A stretch of DNA of 20,079 nt from Octopus sinensis. Its lineage: Eukaryota. A program made the translations under genes and the position numbers. The stretch spans positions 1-20,079 of the forward strand of contig NW_021824046.1 in assembly GCF_006345805.1 (NCBI RefSeq), written 5' to 3'. Below, piece by piece: positions 1 to 10,348 of this stretch (the first letter of the stretch is position 1; every line of letters starts with the position of its first letter). Under the pieces are notes generated by a model. The model worked only from the letters and a program-made list of their open reading frames with translations. It searched no databases and was not told the origin of the DNA.

Positions 1-90
1 GATTGGGGTGCATATTCCTGCAGTAATAACTTCCCAGAGTATTTCAGGGCAGGGATCTCAAATAAGGGTAATGAAGTCTATTCTGGTCTT

Positions 91-280
91 TTCCTTTGTC
101 TTATTTCAGTCATTTGACTGCAGCCATGCTGGAGCACCGCCTGGAATTGTTTTTAGTCGAACCTCAGTACTTATTTTTTAAGCATAGTTCTTATTCTGTC
201 CGTCCATTTTACCGAACCGCTAAGTTACGGTGAGATAAACACACCAATACCGGTCGTCAAGTGATGACGCAAAGACACAC
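91..280 (-). mobile_element. SINE family A, 3' half (5'-truncated)
   Basis: ttcagtcatttgactgcagccatgctggagcaccgcc...ccgaaccgctaagttacgg matches the tail and middle of the full copies at 15454-15845 and 17533-17900; runs into (TA)n. Confidence 0.8.
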
Positions 281-979
281 ATATAATATATACATATATA
301 TATATATATATATACAATGATTTTAAAAGGATTTTTAACAAAAGAAAATAATATATTTACCCTCTCCCTTCATCGTCACCCCTCCCTCGTAAACCCACTC
401 CTATACACTCCAGCCTCGCCTCCCCTATCCATTCAATCCCATCCCCACCCAATCTCTTACACCCTTTGGACATACTCCACCTCTAGCCTCCTCCACATCC
501 CAACACCACCATACCACACCAGACACCACTACACCAGACACCACCATATCACACAACACCACATTACATCACAACACACCACCTTGCACACACTAGCACT
601 GGCCACTTCCCAGCCCCAGACCATCTTCCACACATCTACACATACACACACGCACACGTCAAGGTCACCAGTCCTCTTCCACACGCATATACATGTTCTC
701 TTATACATACGCACGCGCACCTTCGCTTTGGGATCACCACTACTCTATTATCTCCCCTTCTTCCTAGCTCTCCTGTGTGACCCCTCTGTCCAGCATTCAC
801 AATGATAGATCGCTAGCCACCAAACATTCTCTATTTCCTCTCCTTGTTCCTTTCTCTGTTCTTTTCTGTGTAAGACCGTAGGCCAGAGTCGTTAAAGAGT
901 TTTTTCGAATCGTTAAACTAATACATCTGTTTGATTTCTACACCACCTGCCTTTTTTTGTTTTTGTGAATCCTCCCTAT

Positions 980-987
980 AAACATAT

Positions 988-1053
<66 letters not shown>

Positions 1054-1201
1054 GTGTGTGTATGCTTCAATTTGTTTACTTCCGCGCACTATTAGCATTT
1101 CGGTCGGCAAAAATCCCCTTACGGAATGTCTGTGCGTATATGTGCGTGCGTGAGTGTGTGTGTGTGTGGCGTATATGAGTGTATGTGTTATTTTCCGTAT
1201 C

Positions 1202-1244
<43 letters not shown>

Positions 1245-1320
1245 TGTGTGTGATATGTGTGTGGTGTGTTGTGTGTGTGTGTGTGTTGTGGTGTGTGTGT
1301 GTGTGAATGTGTTTGTATGT
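980..1320. repeat. Compound (TA)n/(TG)n microsatellites
   Basis: Direct inspection; explains the CV/HT ORFs. Confidence 0.95.
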
Positions 1321-1599
1321 GTGTGGGTTTGAAATATAGGAAACCATATTTAAACAAAAGCGATATTGCAATCATTGAATATTGAGTGTTAAGTCCGGAT
1401 CCACTTTTATGCTCGCCTACGCAAATCTTTCTAGATACAATTTACATCGAATTTTCTCGAAGACAATCGCCCCCACCACCACCACTAACACACACACCTC
1501 CTACACACAAAACTGATTCAAGAAAAACAATATCAACAACAAAATTTCAAACGTACTTTCAGAATCGTTTCTACGATCCTTCATATTTTCTCAGCTAGT

Positions 1600-1617
1600 C
1601 TTCACTACTACTGCCTA

Positions 1618-1661
<44 letters not shown>

Positions 1662-1890
1662 TCACTACTACCACTACTACCACTACTACTATTTCTACTA
1701 CTACTGCTGCTGCTGCTGCCACTGCCGCTACTGCCAGTACCATTACTACTAGTACTACTACTATTACGAACATCACTACTACAGACACCACCACCACCAC
1801 TACCACCACAACACCAGCCATCACCACCATGACTACCACTGCCACCACCACCGCCACTACTATTACTACTACTACTCCTACTACTACTAC
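1600..1890. repeat. Compound trinucleotide microsatellite (CTA)n/(CTG)n/(CCA)n
   Basis: Direct inspection; explains the poly-S/V/T ORFs. Confidence 0.95.
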
Positions 1891-2406
1891 GTTGCTTTTT
1901 CTGGACTTCACAATACCTTTCACACACAGACTTTCTCAGTCTCTCTCTCTTCCCATGTCTCTCCCCCCCCACAGTCTGTTTCTCCCTCTCCCTCACTCTG
2001 ATTCTCTGTCTTTCTCTCTCCTTCCCCATCTCCTCTCCTCCTTTCTCTTCAATCTGTCCCTACAACGGTATTGTCTGCACCTCGTCACACCATTTCTTGC
2101 TGCTGGCATCTACTATACATGAACAGGTGTATATTTCTATGTATCTGTCTGTATGTATTTACGCATCCATACGTGTATATACATGTGTCTGTGTGTGTCT
2201 GTATATATATATACATATATATGTGTGTATGTGTGTGTGTGTGTTTGTGTGTGTTTATTACGTGTGACTGTATACGTGTAATATGTGTGTACTTTACTAC
2301 AGGCTAAGTATAAAAGATATTTCCTATCAAAGTTAGACATGTGAAAATGTGTATCCATACCAACGAACGCGATTATTCATGCACGTACATGCATCCATAC
2401 ACACCG

Positions 2407-2600
2407 CATGTGTATCGTTGGCGATTTTCTTTTTCCATCTTCCTTTCCTTGGACTTTTCCTTTTCCTATGTTTCTGACAAAGTGCTTCGCTCGAAACGTT
2501 AAATCCTCCTTCTTTCTTTCCTTTCCTGAGCGTCCAATAACATTATACTTGTTCCACGTCCTCGCGTTGTTTCCTGTTTGTTCATGTTTGGATTAACTAT
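2407..2600 (+). mobile_element. Penelope-like (pLTR-type) repeat, family P1 copy 1
   Basis: Aligns with 2985-3150 (catgtg..gttggc.atttt, cttggac, tgtttctga..aag...tcgaaacgt, ccacgtcctcgcgtt) and carries a hammerhead-like core. The Penelope assignment is inferred from that motif. Confidence 0.6.
2470..2504 (+). ncRNA. Minimal type I hammerhead ribozyme motif, degenerate (G8>A)
   Basis: Stem I gttt/aaat; core CTGACAA 2474-2480; extra A; stem II gtgc-ttc-gctc with one mismatch; GAAA 2493-2496; CG; T, T (H17 at 2500). Confidence 0.55.
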
Positions 2601-2984
2601 ATATAAATATATGCATATATATAAGTGTGTGTGTATGTATTTTGTGTGTGGAGGGAGTCATTCTCTGTTAGTGCCTTATTATGTAACACACCCAACGGTT
2701 CGATTTTCCAAAATTATCTTTGCGTCTTGCAACCTCTTCAGTAGTCGTTGCACTCGGACATACACACATAAACAATTAATACTACACACAACACACATGC
2801 ACACACACAGTTACCACCACCCGCACACACAAACGCACTCAGTTACAACCACACACACATACTATCACCACACACACACACACACACACATTCCCACACA
2901 TACACACAGATACCGCCTTCTCTTACACTCATGTCTTAAAAAACTTTTTGTCCAATCCGTTCCGGTCATTCCAGAAAGTAACTA

Positions 2985-3150
2985 CATGTGGATTGTTGGC
3001 AATTTTCCCCCTCCGTCCTCTTTTTCTCTTGGACATTCCTCTGCCTCCTGTTTCTGAAGAAGATCGTTGTTCGAAACGTAAACCCTCTTTCTTTCCTTAC
3101 TTGACCGTCTTTTAATTCTTTTACCTGTACCACGTCCTCGCGTTTTTTTT
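2985..3150 (+). mobile_element. Penelope-like (pLTR-type) repeat, family P1 copy 2
   Basis: Diverged direct copy of 2407-2600 with the same hammerhead-like core. Confidence 0.6.
3050..3083 (+). ncRNA. Minimal type I hammerhead ribozyme motif, degenerate (cleavage-site nucleotide apparently deleted)
   Basis: gttt-CTGAAGA-A-gatc-gtt-gttc-GAAA-CG-T-aaac: intact core and perfect 4-bp stem I (3050-3053/3080-3083), but no H17 between them. Confidence 0.55.
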
Positions 3151-3189
3151 TATTGTCAACAACAACAACGACAACAACAACAGCAACAA

Positions 3190-3375
3190 TAACATCGAAA
3201 AATACCTTAGAAATGAGAACCCAGGTTCGGAATTTCCCCAAGACACCTGATGAAGGCTGGAGGGTATATCAGCCGAAATGTTGTGTTAACAACAAACAAG
3301 ATGAGGACAAATATCCGTCAAATGTAAATAATATAAATAGTGTACATAATTCCTCATCTCTTAAATATAGAACTG
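3190..3375 (+). mobile_element. Penelope-like pLTR remnant, family P2
   Basis: Contains ctgatgaaggctg...cagccgaaa, the signature seen in Penelope-like element termini; boundaries approximate. Confidence 0.6.
3242..3287 (+). ncRNA. Minimal type I hammerhead ribozyme motif, best preserved copy
   Basis: Stem I (g)acac 3242-3246 / gtgt(t) 3283-3287; CTGATGA 3247-3253; extra A; perfect stem II GGCTG/CAGCC with 10-nt loop; GAAA 3275-3278; TG; T16.1; H17=T3282. Confidence 0.65.
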
Positions 3376-3399
3376 GTTTTCGTTTATCTTTCTTTCAAC

Positions 3400-3501
3400 C
3401 TCCCTTGTGTCATGTAATTTGTGGAATGGAAAACTTACAAAGATTTTCTAACCACATGTATGTATGTTATAACTGTAAACCTAATTTTGGGCCACCCGAT
3501 A
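3400..3501. mobile_element. Possible solo terminus of a Tc1/mariner-type element
   Basis: Ends ...aattttgggccacccga-TA next to (TA)n, resembling mariner TIRs; no partner TIR found in the window. Confidence 0.3.
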
Positions 3502-3526
3502 TATATATACATATATATATATATAT

Positions 3527-3700
3527 AATACTAAGCAATAAAGGGTTTAGCAACGAATTGCCTTACCACATACCGAATTTAGAAATAGCAGTCAAAGGGT
3601 TATAGCTATTTCTTCTACTAAAAAGGGAGATCTCAGTAAAAACAGCAATTGGAAGGCAGACACAAACAGGTAAGAGAGAATGAATTGACTGCAATCTATC
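3527..3700. mobile_element. Dispersed repeat, family P3 (non-palindromic copy)
   Basis: 3527-3619 is near-identical to both arms of the 15176-15355 palindrome, then continues aaaagggagatctc. Confidence 0.8.
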
Positions 3701-3759
3701 TACATTTTTAAGTTATCTACGGACGTACGTGTTTCGAATCATTTTATATATATATATAT

Positions 3760-4033
3760 TTTGTTCCTTCTCGAGCCATGCGTTTCCCAGTTTCCTTGGC
3801 GTATAGGTTCCCACCCTGACAGGACGCCGGTCCTCGCAGGTGAGCTGTAAGATGCAGGAGGAAAGAGTCGAGACAGTTGTGGGCCCGAAAGAATCAGCAA
3901 AGTTCGCCATTACCAACTTCTCTCCAGCTTCTTGGATTTTATGTGTTTCGCTCATAAACACACACACATTCGCCGGTCTGAGATTCGAACCGCGATCCCT
4001 CGACCGCGAGTCCGCTGCTCTATTAGTGCCTCC
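3760..4033 (-). mobile_element. tRNA-derived SINE family D, near full length
   Basis: Minus strand: ggaggc...tagagcagcggactcgcggtcgagggatcgcggttcgaatctcagacc head with B box GGTTCGAATC and a damaged A box; body; tail ...catggctcgagaaggaacaa. TCG in the anticodon-like loop suggests tRNA-Arg origin (inference). Confidence 0.75.
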
Positions 4034-4462
4034 ACACTATAATATATACTATATAATATATATAACTATACATACATACACACAAAGTAACTGAGAGAGA
4101 GAAAGAGAGAGAGAGAGAGAGGGAGGGAGAGAGTTGCACGTACACAGAAATAAATCTATGTTGTACATCTATTTATATATCGTTACAAATACGTTATACA
4201 TCAGCGTATATATATTTATATATCTTCGCAATCAATAAAGTAATTACAACAAAACCAGAGAACTGCCAGCCTTGCTGAACCGACATTATATAAAACAACC
4301 TAGATATTATTTTATCATCTGACACCACTGCAGGCAGCGACCTCTCGTGTCAACTTCGTGATACCTAGTTACAAATCATTATAAGACAATGACCTTCCAG
4401 TATTGTTTCTATTTTTATTCTTTTATTTTCTGGTAAATGAACACAGGCTATTGGTTCCGAGG

Positions 4463-4560
4463 CATGTGGTTCCGAGTTCAGTCCCACTGCCTGTCACCTT
4501 GGGCAAGTGTCTTTTATTCTTTTTACTGGATTTGGTAGACGGGAACTAGAACAAACCCGT
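4463..4560 (+). mobile_element. SINE family A head/central fragment, degenerate
   Basis: catgtggttccgagttcagtcccactgc...ccttgggcaagtgtctt...ggatttggtagacgg matches the 15454 copy. Confidence 0.7.
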
Positions 4561-4659
4561 ACACACACATGTATAATATATATATATAAGGGAAATAGAT
4601 ATTGGTATCTATAAGACCCAAAGATACCAAATTCCCTTGTCTAATATATATATACATAT

Positions 4660-4975
4660 TATTTTATTCTTTTACTTGTTTCAGTCATTTGACTGTGGCC
4701 ACTCTGGAGCACCGTCTTGAAAAGTTTTTAGCCAAAAAAGTGGAACCCAAGGCTTATTTTTTAAAGCCTAGTACCTATACTATCGGTCTTTTTTGCCGAA
4801 CCGCTAGATAACGGGACGTAAACACACTAACACCGATTGTGACGAGGTGATGGGGACAAACACAAACACGAAGACACACACTCATATACTATATATATAT
4901 ATATATATACATACATACATACATATATACATACATACATACATACATACATGCATACATACATACATACATACA

Positions 4976-5006
<31 letters not shown>

Positions 5007-5150
5007 TACACACAACGGTCCTCTTTCAGTTTCCGTTTACCAAATCCACACACAAGGCTTTGGTCGGCCCGGTGCCTACGGTGCCACTCAGTGGGAACGA
5101 ACCTGGCAGCACGTGGTTGGGAACCTAGCTTCTTACCACACATACAAGCA
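4660..5150 (-). mobile_element. SINE family A, full length, with expanded internal (ATAC)n
   Basis: Tail at 4660-4720, middle domain, ~120-bp microsatellite at 4885-5005, central domain 5021-5075, tRNA-like head to ~5150. Confidence 0.85.
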
Positions 5151-5152
5151 CG

Positions 5153-5285
5153 TGACTGTGTAGTAAGAAGTGTGCCTCTCAACAATATGGTTCCTGGTTC
5201 AGTCGTGCAGCGTTTTCTTCTATAGGTTCGGGCCGACCAAAATCTGAGTAGATTTGGTAGACGGAAAGCTGAAAGAAACCTGCGT
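5153..5285 (+). mobile_element. SINE family A 5' half, back-to-back with the previous copy
   Basis: gtgactgtgtagtaagaag...ggttcagtc...cgggccgaccaaa...gatttggtagacggaaagctgaaagaa. Confidence 0.8.
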
Positions 5286-5381
5286 ACCCCCCCCCCCACA
5301 CACACAGACACACGTGCATTAAAATGAGAACTACTTATAGTTACTTGCCATTGAGACACTTGGTTAGGCAACTTTTTAGAT

Positions 5382-5451
5382 CGTGAAGACGGACGAAATG
5401 CCTCTAAGCACTTTCTGTGTGTCTAGCCAACGATTCTAGCAGCTCACCATC
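5382..5451 (-). mobile_element. SINE family B head fragment, degenerate
   Basis: gacgaaatgcctctaagca...aacgattctagcagctcacc resembles the reverse complement of the 10349 and 12421 heads. Confidence 0.55.
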
Positions 5452-5831
5452 TTGATATATTTACTGTCTTCTAAAATTCCATACATCATAAGCAGAAATC
5501 GAAACCACATTCCATAGCAGTCATGAAATGACATAAACCATTTGTTTTCAGTCAAACTCCCAGACGCGAATGGCATATTTTATCTGTGTACAATAGCAGC
5601 TCTATGACTAACAAGCCATCCAAACTGTAACACAATCCTTCGTTACTTCGAGAATAATTCTAACCGGAGTACGAAACAATTATAGGAAAATAGATAGCAA
5701 CTATCACGTGATTTTTAAGTATGTAAATCATGGTCTTTCATCGTGTTTGCAGAGTTTCATAGAGTTTCCAAGTACAGAACTATTATGGGCGTTGGTACCG
5801 ATGCAGGTTTCTGAATATTTTAAACCTGTTA

Positions 5832-5993
5832 TCTTTTTATTTTTTTCAGTCATTTGACAGATCGCTGTTTCAAACCCCGTTGTCGGCCCCATGTTATTGT
5901 AGAAGATACTTCTGCAAGGCCCCACACTGTGAGACTGGAGCTAAAACCGTGTGGTTAGAAAGCAAGCTTCTTACCACCGATACACGCCTACGA
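5832..5993 (-). mobile_element. SINE family A, internally deleted (tail joined almost directly to central/head region)
   Basis: ttcagtcatttgac followed by gtcggccc...agaagatactt...gtggttagaaagcaagcttcttaccac...cgcctacg. Confidence 0.65.
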
Positions 5994-6004
5994 GCGCGCG
6001 TGCA

Positions 6005-6043
6005 TATATAATATATATATATATATATATACATACATAGATG

Positions 6044-6099
<56 letters not shown>

Positions 6100-6135
6100 T
6101 ATATATACATACACGTATATATATATATATATATG
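6005..6135. repeat. (TA)n microsatellite
   Basis: Direct inspection. Confidence 0.95.
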
Positions 6136-6363
6136 ATGGTTGTCTAAGCCTTATGCAGAGCCTGACCGCATCTTGTACCCACACCTTAGATCCATCATGG
6201 CGTCTGATGTGGCTTTCTAAACCAGGTAATGCATTAAAAAGATATCCACCATAGATTGAATATCCAATTTGACCGCCAAGAGCTACAGTTAAGTTCTGAT
6301 CTTTGTTGATCTTAAAACGTCTTAACGTTTTTAATAACCCCACCACACACACACACATAAGCA

Positions 6364-6575
6364 CACGCTGCATGGCTTAGTGGCTAGGGTGTTGCGCTCA
6401 TAACTGCGAAATCGTGGTTTCGATTCTCAGACCGGGCGTTGCATTGTGTTTTTGAGCAAAACACGTCACTTCACGTAGCTCTGCAATCATTTCGTGATCT
6501 GACGTGTGGCGCACGGAGCACCTATACAGGTAAGGTCGATTGGAATGAGTGAGCTTACGTATGCACAAATATTTG
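6364..6575 (+). mobile_element. tRNA-derived SINE family C
   Basis: A box tggcttagtgg, B box ggtttcgattctc, then agaccgggcg..tgtgtttttgagcaaaacac (related to the family D head); 3' boundary approximate. Confidence 0.7.
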
Positions 6576-6596
6576 ATATAAGTCATTGGTCGAAGA

Positions 6597-6668
6597 GACG
6601 TGCAGTAGGACTGAACCCGGAACTAACATGGTTGCAAAGCGAATATCTCAGCCATACGACCATTCCGG
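6597..6668 (-). mobile_element. SINE family A head fragment
   Basis: gcagtaggactgaacccggaact.acatggttg matches the reverse complement of the family A head. Confidence 0.65.
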
Positions 6669-6994
6669 CGGCTCGTAGAAGTACTATAAACAGAAGAAAG
6701 TGCTTTAAGAATTTAGCCGTACATACATCGTCGATTTGTTCAGCGACAAAATCTAATGGAGAAAGGAACCACGTTTGAAAAGGTGATGGTCTTAATCTAA
6801 TAATACGTAACCCGAGGAAGTAATGTTTGTCATAAGAGACCAAAGCCCAAAGGCTTGATTAAGACTATTCACTAACATGCAAACTTGGTAAATTAAATTT
6901 TATGAAATTACTGATTCTTTTATAATGATTGCCAAAACGAAAGTAGGTTCAGGCCAGGTTTGTATTGATTAGTAGCAGCAGCAGTACTATTTCA

Positions 6995-7050
6995 ATATAG
7001 ATATAATAATGATGATGATAATAATAATAACAATAATAATAATAATAATA

Positions 7051-7094
<44 letters not shown>

Positions 7095-7499
7095 CAATAA
7101 TGATAATAATAATGATAATAATGATGATGATGATGATGATGATGAATAATAATAATGATGATGATGATGACGATGATAATAATAATGATAATAATGATGA
7201 TGATGATCATGATGAATAATGATAATAATAATAATAATGATGATGATAATGATAATGGTGATAATTATAATAATAATAATAATAATAATAATAATCATGA
7301 TGATGATGATGATGATGATGATAATAATAATGACAATAATGATAATAATAATGATAATGATGATGATGATGATGATGATGATGAATAATGATAATAATAA
7401 TGATAATAATGATGATGATAATAATAATGATAATAATGATGATGATGATGATGAATAATGATAATAATAATAATGATGATGATAATGACAATGATAATG

Positions 7500-7564
<65 letters not shown>
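6995..7564. repeat. Compound (AAT)n/(GAT)n array with internal 239-bp duplication
   Basis: Landmarks recur at a fixed 239-bp offset (gacaataat 7093/7332; gaat phase shifts 7144/7383 and 7214/7453). Confidence 0.9.
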
Positions 7565-7565
<1 letters not shown>

Positions 7566-8117
7566 CCCTGATGCAGTACCAGGCAGTGGCTCTCATGGCT
7601 TCTGATCTTAACTGATTGGAAGTGTTATCATGTACATTGTTTTGTCTTGGTATAAAAGATGGGCTACAGCAAATATTCTGCTCAATACCACAGATTTGCT
7701 TGTCAATTTTTGACTTTAACCAGTTGAGCATGTCCCTTAGTGGCTGACGATATGTGCATCTCTGATCACGAGCAGAAGTAGTGGGGGAGCATCATAGCCA
7801 TGTGTTGAGAGGGATTCTTTGGAGTTTGAATAGTTCACCTCTGGAAACATGGGTGGTTCTTTCAACATCCTTAAACAACCCTTATTCAGGGACCGTTTGA
7901 GCGGGATGGGCTACTCAACCTGAAGAAAATTCTAACTGGGCCCCACCTGCAAGTTCATGTGCTGTTTATCTTGATATGAGATCACCATGCCGCGCACATA
8001 TGGTTGTGATGCATGTGTCTGGTGTACCCTTATCAGACGGGTAGTCATGATGGGTATACTGGGCTTCGTATATTTTACCCCAGTGTCACTTTGATGGCAT
8101 GCTCTGCTCGCTCACTC
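7565..8117. mobile_element. 553-bp non-coding insert sharply bounded by (AAT)n on both sides; probable retroelement remnant or non-autonomous element
   Basis: Complex sequence flanked immediately by aataat on each side; no recognisable coding motif. The repeat status is from recall of similar octopus sequence and is not verifiable here. Confidence 0.55.
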
Positions 8118-8137
8118 AATAATAATAATAATAACAC

Positions 8138-8214
<77 letters not shown>

Positions 8215-8240
8215 TGATGATGATGATGGTGATGATGATA
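8118..8240. repeat. (AAT)n then (GAT)n microsatellite
   Basis: Direct inspection. Confidence 0.95.
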
Positions 8241-8315
8241 GAGAAAACTCCAGAAGGAGTCACCGAAAATGACAATTGCAAAATACCATGGAATGCAATG
8301 ATCCTGTGCGACCAC
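8241..8315 (+). pseudogene. R4/Dong-type non-LTR retrotransposon ORF fragment (just upstream of the restriction-like endonuclease motif)
   Basis: EKTPEGVTENDNCKIPWNAMILCDH resembles the conserved 'H.PE.V.EN...KILWDF.IQ.DH' block of R4-clade elements. Confidence 0.65.
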
Positions 8316-8342
8316 CCGACTGCCAAATTCACTCGCTAAATA

Positions 8343-8395
8343 TTGGTCGGTGCTTGTGGTAGAGTGGAAACACTTGCTCAAGGCGCAGCATTGTA
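8343..8395 (-). mobile_element. Possible SINE family A central fragment
   Basis: ttggtcgg...tagagtggaaacacttgctcaagg is similar to 17786-17825; short and degraded. Confidence 0.35.
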
Positions 8396-8479
8396 AATTA
8401 CAAGAATACCAGTAATATAACTACTCTAATTTACATTAACAGCCCCCCCACCCACACGCGCACACGTATACACATGCAC

Positions 8480-8960
8480 ACACATTCTCTATCCCTCTCT
8501 CTCTCCCTCTCCCGCATTCTCTCATTCTCCCTCCCTTACACATACACACACTCTCCCTCTCTCTCTCTCTGTCTCCCTCATTCTCTCTCATTCTCCGTCT
8601 GTCTGTCTGTCTGTCTCTCTCTGTCTCCATCATTCTCATTCTCTGTCTCTGTCTCTCTCTCTCTCACACACACGTACTCTCTCTCTGTTTCCCTCATTCT
8701 CTCTCTGTCTCCGTCACTCTCTCTCTCTCTGTCTTCCTCATTCTCTCTCGCTCTCTCTCTCCCTCATTCTCTCTCACTCTCTGTCAATCTGTCTGTCTCT
8801 CCCTGTCTCCCTCATTCTCTCTCGCTCTCTCTCTGTAACCCTCATGTCTCTCTCTATCTCACACACACCTACACTCGCTGCCTCCATCATTTTCTCTTCC
8901 TCTTTCTCTCTCTCTCTCTCACTCTCTCACACACACACACACTGACACACACACACACAT
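8480..8960. repeat. (CT)n/(CA)n low-complexity tract with recurring ctcattctc motif
   Basis: Direct inspection. Confidence 0.9.
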
Positions 8961-9441
8961 TATGATTTTACACGAATCAATATTTGCAATATTTGAAAAT
9001 ATTCAATTTTCTTTTTAATTGAACCGAATACGAATTAGAAAACCGATAAAAAGAAAATGGAATAAAAGATTTTTAAAAAATCCTTTAAAAATTAACCGAT
9101 AAAAAATTTTTCAAATATTTTTACCCAATAATTTGAAAGAAAATATGAAGATGACACTTCTAACGTTATTATTGTTGTTTTGTTCTAATGAATACACAAA
9201 TACAGGTAAAAATCATAGCACGAAATTAGAGACTGCTTTGAAAAGATGCAGGTGGGAAATAAAAGTTTAAGTGCTTCGCTGTGGAATAATTAAGGCAGAA
9301 GATCCTCTCATGGGTCCAGCACTGAATGGAAATCATTAAACACACAACCGGTTTTTCACCGAGAACTGACAGGGCAGTTCATTGTTTCAAGAAACGCGAA
9401 AATAATTTCTTGCTCTCAACAGCAGCTGAAAACTGCTTTTG

Positions 9442-10092
<651 letters not shown>

Positions 10093-10325
10093 TTTGTTTT
10101 GTTGGAACTCCTGGAGTCTTACATGTATAGCAGGTTTGCTACCTGCAGCCTACTGTACCATACTATCCGTTCTTTTCAGCTATCTAGTACCTTCCTGGTT
10201 ATTCTGGCCGTGCCAGGGAGGCAAGTCTTTTGTAACTGTTCTACTGGGTACTCTATTCCAATTTCCTTGTTATTCCTTTTGATGCCTTCTCAAGGATCCA
10301 ACAATAATTGGTGCTACCTTTTTCA
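10093..10325 (-). mobile_element. R4/Dong-type LINE 3' end (ORF C-terminus, stop, ~80-nt 3' UTR, ATA/ATG tail), 5'-truncated
   Basis: Minus strand KVAPIIVGSL / 1-nt frameshift / GIKRNNKEIGIEYPVEQLQKTCLPGTARITRKVLDS* (TGA 10178-10176) resembles the R4-clade ending 'PVVIGALG...LQK..LLGTA.ILRKVL'. Confidence 0.8.
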
Positions 10326-10348
10326 TTTTCTATTACCTTATACATAAA

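Noticed and set aside
317-805. 162-aa ORF
   Set aside because: H/T/P-rich translation of CA-rich low-complexity DNA; no domain or splice support.
3960-4033. tRNA gene calls for the SINE heads (also 6364, 10349, 15454)
   Set aside because: No complete cloverleaf or acceptor stem; each continues into a repeat body and tail.
6987-7731. Poly-I/N/D/M/H ORFs (also 9416-10093)
   Set aside because: Trinucleotide microsatellites are stop-free in most frames.
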